This document shows, piece by piece, positions 30,713 through 41,008 of a stretch of 64,000 nt of DNA (position 1 is the first letter of the stretch; each line of letters begins with the position of its first letter). The position numbers and the translations under genes were made by a program. Origin of the DNA: Caldisphaera sp. (GTDB lineage Archaea; Thermoproteota; Thermoprotei_A; Sulfolobales; Acidilobaceae); assembly GCA_049971805.1 (NCBI GenBank), contig JBMFKU010000006.1:1-64000 (forward strand). The letters run 5' to 3'. The notes under the pieces were generated by a model that worked only from the letters and a program-made list of their open reading frames with translations, searched no databases and was not told the DNA's origin.

Positions 30713-31915
30713 GTGCATAAATTGGGCAGAAAAGTAGCTGTTATTGGAACTGGACATTCTAAATTCGGAGTTAGAAATGAAGTTAATTTAGCAGAACTGT
30801 CATATGAATCAATAAAACAAGCCTTAAATAGCGCTAATTTAGAGGCAAAAGATATAGAGTATGTTGCTGTTTCTAATGTTGGAGGATGGAGTGCAGAACC
30901 TTTACCTGCAGTTGTTTTATCCGAATATGCTGGCTTAACTGGTAAACCTTTGTACAGAGTAGAGGCAGCCTGTTCATCAGGAAGCTCTGCTGTATTTAAT
31001 GCATACAACGCAGTTGCATCAGGCCAATTTGATATTGCAATGGCAACAGGAGTTGAAAAGATGAATGAAAGTCCAACACCAACAGTTGTTGAATTTATAG
31101 GCAGGGCAGGAAACTATTTTTGGGAATTTGAAAATTTTGGTTTAACATTTCCCGGATATTATGCTCTATACGCAACAGCATATATGTCTAAATATGGAGC
31201 AACAGAAGAAGACCTTTGTCAGGTAGCTATTAAAAATCATTATTATGCAAGCCTTAATCCAAAAGCTCAATTCCAAAGAAAAATAGATATGGCAACATGC
31301 ATGAACAGCAGATACATAGCATGGCCTCTTAAATTATTTGATGCGTCTCCAATAACCGATGGAAGTGCAACTGTTATATTGGCAAGTGAAGAAGTAGCAA
31401 AGAAAGTCACAGATTCGCCTGTCTGGATCCATTCTGTAGGAGCATCTTCTGGTAGTGCAAACCTCTCTAGAAGAAATAACTTTACTGGTTTAGAGGCAGC
31501 AAGCCAGGCAGCAAAAATGGCATACAAAAAAGCAGGTTTAGAAACAGAAAACACAGCTAAATATTTTGATGCAGCAGAAGTTCATGATTGCTTCACTATA
31601 GCAGAGATCATGGCCTATGAAGATCTTGGATTTGTTAAGAGAGGAGAAGGATATAAGTTAGTAAAAGAAGGACAAACTTACATCGGAGGTTTAGTACCAG
31701 TTAATTTAAGTGGTGGGTTAAAGGCAAAAGGCCATCCAATAGGTGCAACAGGAGAAAGCATGGTCGCAGAGCTGACAAAACAATTATTAAACGGTGCAGA
31801 AAAGGGAAGGCAAGCAACTATTAAAAATGGAAGAGCAATAGCTCACAATGTTGGCGGAACAGGCCATTATGCATATGTAACAATCCTAGGGCTTGATAAG
31901 CCAAAAGATAGCTGA
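30713..31915 (+). CDS. SCP-x-type thiolase (acetyl-CoA acetyltransferase)
   Basis: VEAACSSG, GVEKM, EVHDCF, GHPIGATG, HNVGG. Confidence 0.93.
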   Translation: MHKLGRKVAVIGTGHSKFGVRNEVNLAELSYESIKQALNSANLEAKDIEYVAVSNVGGWSAEPLPAVVLSEYAGLTGKPLYRVEAACSSGSSAVFNAYNAVASGQFDIAMATGVEKMNESPTPTVVEFIGRAGNYFWEFENFGLTFPGYYALYATAYMSKYGATEEDLCQVAIKNHYYASLNPKAQFQRKIDMATCMNSRYIAWPLKLFDASPITDGSATVILASEEVAKKVTDSPVWIHSVGASSGSANLSRRNNFTGLEAASQAAKMAYKKAGLETENTAKYFDAAEVHDCFTIAEIMAYEDLGFVKRGEGYKLVKEGQTYIGGLVPVNLSGGLKAKGHPIGATGESMVAELTKQLLNGAEKGRQATIKNGRAIAHNVGGTGHYAYVTILGLDKPKDS

Positions 31916-31925
31916 GGTGAAAAAA

Positions 31926-32465
31926 ATGCCAAAGAGTCAAAAGGAAGAGGCCGAAGAATTCTTAAAGCAAATGGAATCATTTGTTAATACGATGAAATCG
32001 AGTATTGGCTTACCCATGTTTGTAGATCCAAAAACAAACGTTGCAGTTTGGTACGATCAAAGGGAATTGAAGCTAAGATTTATGATAAGCGTTGAAAAAA
32101 CTAGAAAATTCTTTGACTCACTATCTGAAGGTAAACTATTAGCAACAAAATGTTCTAAAAGTAACGAAATACTATTTCCTCCACAACCTGATTGCCCTAA
32201 TCCAAAAGATAGCGAAGTTGAATGGATTGAGTTACCAAAAGAAGGTGAGCTTCTTACATATACAATAATAACAACAAAACCATTTAGCTTCTCCCATTAC
32301 AATGACTACACCGTTGGAATAGCAAAGTTATCAAATGGAGTCCAGGTGTTAGCATGGGTTAGAGAGACTGACCCAAAGAAATTGAGAGTTGGAATGAAGG
32401 TTAAGCTTGAAATAGTAAAAAGAAAGCCTGAAGGATATCTGACATACGAATTTGTTCCAGTATAA
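31926..32465 (+). CDS. DUF35/ChsH2 Zn-ribbon OB-fold thiolase partner
   Basis: KLLATKC..FPPQPDCP, GELLTYT, VGMKV; directly follows the thiolase. Confidence 0.88.
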   Translation: MPKSQKEEAEEFLKQMESFVNTMKSSIGLPMFVDPKTNVAVWYDQRELKLRFMISVEKTRKFFDSLSEGKLLATKCSKSNEILFPPQPDCPNPKDSEVEWIELPKEGELLTYTIITTKPFSFSHYNDYTVGIAKLSNGVQVLAWVRETDPKKLRVGMKVKLEIVKRKPEGYLTYEFVPV

Positions 32466-32484
32466 CTTGAAATATAATTTTAAA

Positions 32485-33438
32485 TTACTTTTCCTCTATT
32501 TTTTCCTCGATTTCTTTCTTTTGCTCCTGTAAAAACTTAATTGCTTCATCATGTGTTGGTATAGCATTCGCTCCCAATCTAGTAACCTTTAATGCGGCAA
32601 CTGCTTGAGCATATTCTAATGCATCTTTCATCTTTTCCCCTCTTGATAAGCTTAATAGAAATGCAGATGCAAACGCGTCTCCACTACCTGTTGAGTCCCT
32701 AACATCTTTAACTCTGAATGCAGGCATATAACCCGTAAATTCTTCAGAATTTGCATATAATCCCTTTGGACCCATTTTTACAATAATCATCTCTGGTCCA
32801 ATTCCTCTTAATAAATTTGAGCATTTTTCTGGGTCATTTAATCCAGTTAAATTTTTACATTCATTTTCATTTAGCAATACTATATCAGTTAGTTTAATCA
32901 AGCTTTTTAATTCCTTTAAACCTCTCATGCTCAATCTTCTCCCAGGATCCCAAGAAATTAATGAATTATTTTCTTTAGCTATCACTGCTGCCCTAATAGA
33001 TGTATCTGGTCTAAGGCTCGCTATATGGATATATTTTGATCTAGATATTATATCTTCATCTATATCATTTGGCATAAACTTTTCTGCACATCCCTTAAAT
33101 CCATATATTGATATATTACCGCTTTGATCTATCATTACTATAGAAAAACCAGTTTCTTCAAAACAAATCTTTAAACCTGAAATGTCTACCTTATATTTCA
33201 TTAGCTCCTCAACAATTGATCTTCCAAAGGTATCTAAACCGACCTTTGCTAAAATTGCAGAAACCCCTCCAAGCTTTGATACATTTAAAGCAGCATTAAC
33301 TGCTGATCCACCAGGGCCTGTTGATTGCTCCATTATATCAGCTTCTTCGTCAGGACTTGCAAATCTCTCAACAATAAATCTTAAATCCATTAGTGCATGA
33401 CCTACTGCTACAACATCTATATTTTTTAAGTTTACCAT
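32485..33438 (-). CDS. PfkB/ribokinase-family sugar or nucleoside kinase
   Basis: PGGSAVN, DPG, NENE, DSTGSGDAF. Confidence 0.92.
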   Translation of the reverse strand: MVNLKNIDVVAVGHALMDLRFIVERFASPDEEADIMEQSTGPGGSAVNAALNVSKLGGVSAILAKVGLDTFGRSIVEELMKYKVDISGLKICFEETGFSIVMIDQSGNISIYGFKGCAEKFMPNDIDEDIISRSKYIHIASLRPDTSIRAAVIAKENNSLISWDPGRRLSMRGLKELKSLIKLTDIVLLNENECKNLTGLNDPEKCSNLLRGIGPEMIIVKMGPKGLYANSEEFTGYMPAFRVKDVRDSTGSGDAFASAFLLSLSRGEKMKDALEYAQAVAALKVTRLGANAIPTHDEAIKFLQEQKKEIEEKIEEK

Positions 33439-33528
33439 TATTTACACCATTTCTTTATTCTATTTATTTCTTTTTGTATTTGCAATAATAAACGCTTATA
33501 TGTTTAGTTTTCAAATTTTTAATAAATG

Positions 33529-34365
33529 TTATTTTTCTAACTCCTTTATTGCTTCTTCTGGCGTTAAATTATCATGAACTACCTTCATTATTGCTCTTAC
33601 CATGCCTGAAATATTATTGCTTCTAAACACATTTCTACCAACAGCTACTCCACTACCTCCAGCTTGAATGACATTATAAACATCTTGTAGGAATTCTATC
33701 GGTTTATCTCTTACAGCCCCTCCACTCATAACTACAGGCAATCCCTGTGCTATCTCTACAACCTTTGCAAAAGTCTCTTTACTACCTGTATAATAGGTTT
33801 TTATCAGATCTGCACCTGTTTCAGCTGCTGCCCTAGCACCATACATAACTATTTCTGGATCATATCTATTTTTAATTGTAGATCCTCTTGGATATGCAAG
33901 TTGTAAAACTGGCATGCCATATGCATCTGCTGCATCCTTTATTAGATACCATTCCTGTATCATGTCATTCTCATAATCGCTACCCCAATAAACTGTAGCA
34001 GCAACAGCTTCTGCTCCCATCGATATAGCATCTTCTACTGATCCTAGCCTTGTTTGTAGATAATGGCTTTGAGGGGGTCTTATGTTACTTTTACCTGTTA
34101 ATTTAACTACTAAATTGACTTTATTTGCCCATATTTCATGGGTTAATCTAGCCATGCCAGGTAACAACATTATTGCATCTACTCCAGAATTTACAACCTT
34201 ATCTAAAATTGTTTTTGCTAGCAATCTATCATCTGGAAAATCAGATGGACCATGCTCTAAACCATGATCAAATGCAAATATAACTGCTCTCCCATCTTTA
34301 AGTATTCTTCCAAGTCTTACCCTTATACCTATATTGGAATAACTTAAACCTTCGTACTTGCTCAT
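33529..34365 (-). CDS. fba: Class I (DhnA-type) fructose-bisphosphate aldolase
   Basis: AFDHGLEHGP, AYPRG, GADLIKTYY, SGG, VGRNVF. Confidence 0.9.
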   Translation of the reverse strand: MSKYEGLSYSNIGIRVRLGRILKDGRAVIFAFDHGLEHGPSDFPDDRLLAKTILDKVVNSGVDAIMLLPGMARLTHEIWANKVNLVVKLTGKSNIRPPQSHYLQTRLGSVEDAISMGAEAVAATVYWGSDYENDMIQEWYLIKDAADAYGMPVLQLAYPRGSTIKNRYDPEIVMYGARAAAETGADLIKTYYTGSKETFAKVVEIAQGLPVVMSGGAVRDKPIEFLQDVYNVIQAGGSGVAVGRNVFRSNNISGMVRAIMKVVHDNLTPEEAIKELEK

Positions 34366-34459
34366 ATTTACACCCACCTTTAGGTGTTCGTAGGTATTTA
34401 AATATATTTTAGCGAGAAAATAAATAAGCAAAGTTTTCTCTTAGAAATAGGGAAAAATA

Positions 34460-35038
34460 ATGGGTTGCGAAAGCATAGCGATAGCTATAACAGGGGCTAG
34501 CGGTATAAGATACAGCATAAGAATTTTAGATGCAATAAAACAAACTGATGTAAAAATTAAAGGAATAATTTATTCAAAGAGCGCAATAAAAGTAGCTCAG
34601 ATTGAAGAAAAGTTTAGCGAGGAAGAATTTCTAAATAAATTGAAAAAATATGGAGATACTTACAGCGAAGATAACTATGATTCACCTCTAGCAAGCTCGA
34701 GCTCTTTGCCAGATTGCATGGTAATTTGCCCAGCAAGCATGAAAACAATTGGCATAATAGCTAATGGAATTCCATTGAATTTGATTTCAAGAGCAGGCTT
34801 ATCATTTTTAAGGATGAAAAGACCGTTGGTTATAGCATTTAGAGAAGCTCCTATAGGAACAGCTGAAATCAGTAACTTGTTAAAGCTATCAAAATATGGT
34901 GCTATAATAATGCCTCTAGCCCCAGGATTTTATTCAGAACCAAAAACGATTGATGACCTAATAGACTTTATGGTAGGAAAAATCCTTGATTCGTTAAACA
35001 TACCAAATAGGCTTTATAAAAGATGGAGTTTGGATTAA
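34460..35038 (+). CDS. ubiX: Flavin prenyltransferase
   Basis: ITGASG, PASMKT, RE.P, PGFY..P. Confidence 0.92.
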   Translation: MGCESIAIAITGASGIRYSIRILDAIKQTDVKIKGIIYSKSAIKVAQIEEKFSEEEFLNKLKKYGDTYSEDNYDSPLASSSSLPDCMVICPASMKTIGIIANGIPLNLISRAGLSFLRMKRPLVIAFREAPIGTAEISNLLKLSKYGAIIMPLAPGFYSEPKTIDDLIDFMVGKILDSLNIPNRLYKRWSLD

Positions 35039-35448
35039 ATTTTCTTTTTCTGAATATCCTTTAGATTAGAAGGCATATCTAAATCATTTTCCTCATTAAG
35101 CTCTTCTTCGAATGACTTCATCTTCTTTGGTTGATTTTCAACTGCAAAAGCACATCTACCATCTGGTAACATGGCTTTCTTTTCACAATATGCATATCTG
35201 CAGGAAGCTCCAATACATTTATCTCCAATCCATGCACACATAGCTACCTTTATAGGCCTACCTCTATAATGATCTGTAGATATTCTTAAAGCCTTTTGGC
35301 CGCATCTAAAGAATGGACAAAGAGGATTACACTTATCTCCAATAGGTCTTGGCTTTATTTCTTTGCTTTGTTGATAGTTTGTTTCGTTGCTTTTAAATTC
35401 ACGGCCCTGCTTTGATGGGCCTGATGTATTTGAAACCAAAACATACAC
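35035..35448 (-). CDS. Cys-rich hypothetical protein (probable metal-binding)
   Basis: CNPLCPFFRC...CAWIGDKCIGASCRYAYC..DGRC. Confidence 0.65.
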   Translation of the reverse strand: MYVLVSNTSGPSKQGREFKSNETNYQQSKEIKPRPIGDKCNPLCPFFRCGQKALRISTDHYRGRPIKVAMCAWIGDKCIGASCRYAYCEKKAMLPDGRCAFAVENQPKKMKSFEEELNEENDLDMPSNLKDIQKKKI

Positions 35449-35489
35449 CTCTTATATTTTTGGTTTTCTCTGTTTACCCTCCTTATATA

Positions 35490-36032
35490 TTATGGTTTAA
35501 ACCATTTAAATATTATGTATAAAGGCGCATCATTTTGTCTTAAAGTAGATAATATAAAGGCCTTTTTAACACTATGACTTAATCTTCCTGCTCTTACCAA
35601 CTCTATAGGATCAAATGGTTCATAAAGATCATGGAAATGTATTATAAATGGTGCGTGATCTATCCCTGGTCCTTGCCTATATGCAACAAATTCTGCACCA
35701 TATTTTAAACCAGACCTTACTATTAAACCTTTATCTCTTAAGTCTTTGTAAACACTATAAATCCTTTTATTTCTATCATTAAATTTAAATAGATTTATAA
35801 TTTCTTCAACTTTATCAATTTTTTTATCATAATATATTTCTATTATTCCTTTTTCAAATAAATAAAGAGCCTCATATTGATTTAAGATAAGAGGGGAATC
35901 TATCTCATTTATATCCTTTACCTTTTCAATGTTTAACGGTTTTCCATAATAACCCAATGAATACAAATACCTTGCATTTTCTATATCTCTAACTAAAATC
36001 ATACTATTTTCATATTCTGCCTTAATAGCCAT
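35490..36032 (-). CDS. endA: tRNA splicing endonuclease, catalytic subunit
   Basis: SGLKYGAEFVAY..GPGIDHAPF..GRLSHSVKK contains the Tyr/His/Lys triad. Confidence 0.92.
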   Translation of the reverse strand: MAIKAEYENSMILVRDIENARYLYSLGYYGKPLNIEKVKDINEIDSPLILNQYEALYLFEKGIIEIYYDKKIDKVEEIINLFKFNDRNKRIYSVYKDLRDKGLIVRSGLKYGAEFVAYRQGPGIDHAPFIIHFHDLYEPFDPIELVRAGRLSHSVKKAFILSTLRQNDAPLYIIFKWFKP

Positions 36033-36719
36033 TCAAGACAGCCCGCTTAATCCTATTAACTTAACGTAGACAGATGAGTTGTATAAGCAATCAATGCTAT
36101 CTTCTATATATTCTATACTTTCTTTAAATGATATAAGCTTTGAAGGCTCATTTTTATACAATTCTAGAACCTTTGCTAAACCAGTTCTATATATTATATC
36201 AGCCTTACCTTCAGAATCGCTAATTTTATTAAATTTATCCTCCAATATCTTCCTTTTTTCTGAATTGCCTTTACCTCCCATTGATATGGATCTAAGAAGA
36301 TCAACTAAATACATTGATGAATTGTAAGTCTCCCCCAATAAAGATGTTATTGCTTTTTCCACATCTTTTTCAATATCTTTTTGTAGACTATATGATAAGA
36401 TAAGCCTATATATACCTGCTTCAAGTTTGCTCATAGCACACTCAAGCTGTAAGGATGAATTTATATAAAATTCCTTATATGAAACCAATTCAAGCCTACC
36501 ACTTGCCAAATAATCAAATATCCTATCTTTATTTCTTGCTATCCTATCCTTTGTTGACATTAGTTCTTGTCTATATGTTTTCTCTAAATAATCATTATTC
36601 TTGTTTTCTTGAATCCTTGAAAGAAGCAATGCGGAAATGTTTTGCAGATCTTGAGCCATATCCTGCAGTACTTCTAACAAAGTAATTTTTGTTATGCTCT
36701 CAGTTGCCAAACTTAGCAC
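36033..36719 (-). CDS. DUF47/PhoU-like helical protein
   Basis: EGKADIIYR, KESIEYIEDSID. Confidence 0.6.
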   Translation of the reverse strand: MLSLATESITKITLLEVLQDMAQDLQNISALLLSRIQENKNNDYLEKTYRQELMSTKDRIARNKDRIFDYLASGRLELVSYKEFYINSSLQLECAMSKLEAGIYRLILSYSLQKDIEKDVEKAITSLLGETYNSSMYLVDLLRSISMGGKGNSEKRKILEDKFNKISDSEGKADIIYRTGLAKVLELYKNEPSKLISFKESIEYIEDSIDCLYNSSVYVKLIGLSGLS

Positions 36720-36875
36720 CCCATTAATTCTCCATATATCTAGGTTATATAAAATAGATAAAAATCTATTCCTTTCTTATGTTTCTTGAGCGAATTTATA
36801 ATCCTTGGATATAGGATGATTTAAATTAAGTTAAATTTAAGAGTACAGGAGAATTTTTAATCTAGGGAGCTAGAT

Positions 36876-37448
36876 ATGAGCAAAAAAATTATAGTTTGCA
36901 ATAATAATAATATAGAAATATATGAAACAAACAACATAGATGATGTTATTGAAGATAATAAGGATAAAAAAGAAATAAGTTTCATAATTATTGATGGAGA
37001 AGTTATAGCAAATGGAAACCTTTTAATAGGAACAAACAGGGAAAAGATCGATAATAAAGAAAAACAGATTAATACAGGTAAAATAGCTATTGTTTTGGAT
37101 CAAATGTTTAAGGGCTTTTCTGAAATTTTAAACAGGGAAACAAATTTTGTAGAGGTTCACGATATTGTTGGAAAAGGATTGCAATTTACCATTAAAGTTA
37201 GTGATAGGCTTTATAAAGAACCTGCAAACGATGATTATGATGTTTTAAAGGTAGTCGAAAGGATTGCTAATGAAAATAAATTCGTTATATTCTTTACTGG
37301 AGATAAAAAGCTAGCCGCACAAGCTGCATCCTTAGGAAATAAATTAATAGAGGTGCATTATTTCCCTCCAAACGAGTTTTCAGGGAAAGAAAGTGTTATA
37401 AAATCAATGATTTCTGAAATAAAATCAAAGACAACTCAACTCTTCTAA
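36876..37448 (+). CDS. Hypothetical protein with C-terminal PIN-like domain
   Basis: IVLDQMF...DDYDVL...FFTGDKKL. Confidence 0.55.
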   Translation: MSKKIIVCNNNNIEIYETNNIDDVIEDNKDKKEISFIIIDGEVIANGNLLIGTNREKIDNKEKQINTGKIAIVLDQMFKGFSEILNRETNFVEVHDIVGKGLQFTIKVSDRLYKEPANDDYDVLKVVERIANENKFVIFFTGDKKLAAQAASLGNKLIEVHYFPPNEFSGKESVIKSMISEIKSKTTQLF

Positions 37449-37607
37449 CTCAATGATAAAGTAAGAACAAACCTCACCATTTAAGCAAGTAAAGCTTTTA
37501 AGGTTTGTTTAATATAAAAAACCGGCCATCAAGGGTATTCTTCACGATATGAGGTAGGCCTCTACTCGTTATCAAATTAAAGAAAAAGGAGAGTTAAGAT
37601 ATCTCTT

Positions 37608-38429
37608 TCATGAAAAAATAGATCCTTCTATTTCATCAGCTCTATTCTGAGCTTCTAAAACTGCCTCCATAATAGATTTCTTTAATCCATTTCCTTGTAA
37701 TACCATAATTCCTTTTATGGTTGTTCCTGCAGGAGTTATGACCAAATCTCTTATATAATGAGGCGACCATCCTTTTTCTAATAAAGTTTTTGCAGTCCCT
37801 TGCATCGTATATAAAACTGCCTTATATGCTAGCTCTCTGGGTAGTCCTGTTGCAATACCTCCTAATGCTAATGCATCTATTATCTCCGCCAAAAATGCCG
37901 GTGCGCTTCCACTTAATGCAGTTAATGCATTCATATATTTTTCATCAACCCATTCATAGGTGCCTATAGTAGAAAAAATCTCTTCAACTAGTTTCTTTAA
38001 TTGGCTATCAATATTAACATTGGTTGAAATCGCTGTAAAGCTTGATGATGTTTCAGAATTTATATTTGGCATTGCCCTAACAATCTTAGCTCCTATGAAT
38101 TTTCTTGACAGCCATCTAATAGGAGCAGCCGCTACAACAGATATTATTAATTTATCATTTACATAAGGAGAAATTTCATCAGCCAAATTAATTAATTGAG
38201 AAGGTTTAATAGATAAAAGAACTATATCAGAGCTTTTAACTGCATACACATTATCTTTCGATACTTCTATTCCTAGGCTTTTTACTTTATTTAAAGATTC
38301 ATCACTCTTGACTGTTGCAATTATTTTCCATTCCTTTCCAGATCCCATCAAAGATCTTATTATAGATGAACCAATAACTCCAGCCCCTAAAACTGCTAAC
38401 TTTCTATCTACCAATTCAATTTCCCACAA
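37608..38429 (-). CDS. proC: Pyrroline-5-carboxylate reductase
   Basis: LGAGVIG, IKP, RAMPN, SGSAPA, VITPAGTT. Confidence 0.95.
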   Translation of the reverse strand: MWEIELVDRKLAVLGAGVIGSSIIRSLMGSGKEWKIIATVKSDESLNKVKSLGIEVSKDNVYAVKSSDIVLLSIKPSQLINLADEISPYVNDKLIISVVAAAPIRWLSRKFIGAKIVRAMPNINSETSSSFTAISTNVNIDSQLKKLVEEIFSTIGTYEWVDEKYMNALTALSGSAPAFLAEIIDALALGGIATGLPRELAYKAVLYTMQGTAKTLLEKGWSPHYIRDLVITPAGTTIKGIMVLQGNGLKKSIMEAVLEAQNRADEIEGSIFS

Positions 38430-38771
38430 TTTTCTAAAAACTAAAGTATTTAAATTTTACATATTTCTTTTGTGTTTATATTTCTTAATGAATCATGATT
38501 TTATATTATCCATTAATTTTCTTTATTTTATATCATTTCAATATATAAAATGCGATAATAGATTGTTTTAATTTCTCTATCTCTCTAATTATACAAAAGG
38601 AAAATATATTATCTTATTTTCTAAATAATGGCCTAGTATTTTAAGCAATTTATTATATTCTTCTCTTTATATCTATTTTTAAAGAAATTTTCTCCATACC
38701 TTAGCTGAAAGAATTTTTTCAATAATTACAATTTTTAATTTAATAAAATAATCTTGCTTTATCATTTGACT

Positions 38772-39548
38772 TTATTCTTTATTATAAATTTTATAGTCTT
38801 CGCCTTCTGTTAATATATCTTGGATTTTTCCATATAATTCCTTCAAACTCAATTCATCAAAAATGTTAACTGGTATTATATCACCAAAATAGCCGGATAA
38901 ATACAAAGCCTTTGCAAGGCTAAGAGATAAATCTAGGGTCATTCCATCAATATCTTTCGATTCCATTAACAAAGACTCTAAATAACCTTCTTCGTGAAGT
39001 CTTGGTATCACTTCGCTAATAACCTCCTTAATAAGTAAATCTGATTTGCTAATTATATTAATTTGAGGCTTTTTAAATCTTGTATTAACGGAGCTTGCTA
39101 GAGTTAAAATTGAAACTATGTTTGCTGGATTATCAAAAAATATTGAATCCATTAAAAATACAACAACAGATTTTTCGTTATATATAATAGAGTTTAATAC
39201 TAAAGGCCCACCAATTCTATATGCAAATAACTCAAGCTGGCCTGGGGTATCAATTATAGTAAAATCAGGTTTAAGCTTATCAATTTCATTTCTTATCTTA
39301 TCAGCATAGTTTATTAAAGAATCTACAGCACTAATTAGAGATCCATTAGGTCCTAAACCTTTATCTAAAAAATCTTCTATTTTAACATAATTCCTAACAT
39401 CTACATCTGGGTCATAAGGTAGCTTATCTGCTGCAGGATCAAAGTTTACTAAAGCTATATTTGCATCAGAATCCTCCATAACTGTGCTTAATTCGGATGC
39501 TAATGTACTCTTTCCTGCTCCTGCTGTTCCAACTAATATGATATACAT
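38772..39548 (-). CDS. GPN-loop GTPase
   Basis: GTAGAGKST, NFDPA, GLGPNG, DTPGQLELF, SKSD. Confidence 0.92.
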   Translation of the reverse strand: MYIILVGTAGAGKSTLASELSTVMEDSDANIALVNFDPAADKLPYDPDVDVRNYVKIEDFLDKGLGPNGSLISAVDSLINYADKIRNEIDKLKPDFTIIDTPGQLELFAYRIGGPLVLNSIIYNEKSVVVFLMDSIFFDNPANIVSILTLASSVNTRFKKPQINIISKSDLLIKEVISEVIPRLHEEGYLESLLMESKDIDGMTLDLSLSLAKALYLSGYFGDIIPVNIFDELSLKELYGKIQDILTEGEDYKIYNKE

Positions 39549-39559
39549 TTTTCCACCAT

Positions 39560-39630
39560 AAAAAGGGGTCTCCTGCGTACACATGACTCCGTGACGCGGG
39601 GCTATTTCGCGCAGGCAACTGACCCCTTTG
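39560..39630. ncRNA. Candidate structured ncRNA or 5' leader (GC-rich nested hairpin)
   Basis: AAAGGGGTC/GACCCCTTT, CCTGCG/CGCAGG and CTCCGT/GCGGGG nested stems in AT-rich intergenic DNA. Confidence 0.6.
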
Positions 39631-39802
39631 TTTCTTATATTATTTTTAAAGCCTATAAAGCTGACCTAATTTCTTAGAAGGGATTAAGATTATTTGTTAG
39701 CTGAATAACATTTTTCATTTAAAATTGCAAGTAAAAATTAACTTAATGGTATGATTTTACAAAACATTGTAAAAATTGATCCAACAGATTAAGATAAAAG
39801 AA

Positions 39803-41008
39803 TTATTTATTGTTATAAACAACTTTTAAATAATGTAATATGTTTGATATTGGTATCTCTACAGGGCATGCAACATCACACCTCATGCAACCCAAACAAA
39901 GCTGTGATAACTCCGCGCCCTTTTCAATCCCTTCAGTTATAGCTGTCCAAACAACACCCATAGGTCCTCCATAAACACTTCCTCCCCAAGTGTTTGCTAC
40001 TTGATCCCATACTGGGCAAACAAACTGGCAATAACCGCATCTAATGCATCTCAATTGCTCTTTTAAGAATTCATTTTTACTGGCACTTTTTCTTCCATTA
40101 TCCAACAATATTAAATGCATCTCTATAGGACCATGCGCTCCATAAACCCTTCTATGGCCTATATCTCCTGTTGAACTTGGACCGGATACCACGCTAACAT
40201 ATGTTGGAGGATATAAGCCTGCAAATGATGATTGAACAATTATTAACTTAAATGCATCTAAAATTGTGGGTACAATCTTTTCAACGCCAGCTATTACTAT
40301 ATGAATTGGAGGAAAGGTTGTAACCAATCTAATATTACCCTCATTTTCTATTAGGAAAATGGATCCTGTATCAGCAGATATAGCATTTGCACCGCTAATT
40401 CCTATCTCTGCATTTACAAATTTCTCTCTTAGAAAAGGTCTTATTTTTGCCACAATTTGTTGTGGCGTCTCATTACCATTTAATTCTATATGTAGCTTAT
40501 TTTTAAGTAAATCCATTACTTCCTCAACAGTCATGTGTATAGCGGGAGCAGTGGCATGCATAGGCTTTCCATTTTCCAATTGTATTAACAACTGTCCTAT
40601 ATCAGTCTCCCACACTTCTTTATTTAAAGATTCAAGATGATTCCTCAAACCTATCTCTTCCGCAACCATACTTTTTGATAATATTATTTTATTTTTATTT
40701 CCTATAATTTTATCTATTATGGAAATGGCTTCATCTTTATCTTCCGCATAATGCGGTATTCCATTTATAGACTTTAAAGAATTCATAGCTTTTTCTATGT
40801 AATAATCCAGATTAGATACTACCTCCTTCTTTACTTTCTCCACTTCTCTACTTAATGAAACTATGTCACTGTGAGAACTCAAAAAATCTATTACCCTGCT
40901 CTCAGCATTTGGTATGCTTGACGATAATGCCTTCTGAAATTCTTTGTTATCTAATACTTCAGTAATATCAACTATAACTTTTTCCAGATAATCCATTTTA
41001 ATCACCAA
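39803..41008 (-). CDS. LUD-domain Fe-S protein (LutB/LldF-like)
   Basis: KSMVAEE, ETDIG, ENEGN, CIRCGYCQFVCP, CLGCMRCDVACP. Confidence 0.9.
   Translation of the reverse strand: MVIKMDYLEKVIVDITEVLDNKEFQKALSSSIPNAESRVIDFLSSHSDIVSLSREVEKVKKEVVSNLDYYIEKAMNSLKSINGIPHYAEDKDEAISIIDKIIGNKNKIILSKSMVAEEIGLRNHLESLNKEVWETDIGQLLIQLENGKPMHATAPAIHMTVEEVMDLLKNKLHIELNGNETPQQIVAKIRPFLREKFVNAEIGISGANAISADTGSIFLIENEGNIRLVTTFPPIHIVIAGVEKIVPTILDAFKLIIVQSSFAGLYPPTYVSVVSGPSSTGDIGHRRVYGAHGPIEMHLILLDNGRKSASKNEFLKEQLRCIRCGYCQFVCPVWDQVANTWGGSVYGGPMGVVWTAITEGIEKGAELSQLCLGCMRCDVACPVEIPISNILHYLKVVYNNK

Noticed and set aside
32711-32719. 9-nt match to the putative guide downstream of 56010
   Set aside because: Too short; expected by chance in AT-rich DNA.
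39658-39685. AAGCTGACCT...GAAGGG resembling an eroded IS605 right end
   Set aside because: Too degenerate to call.
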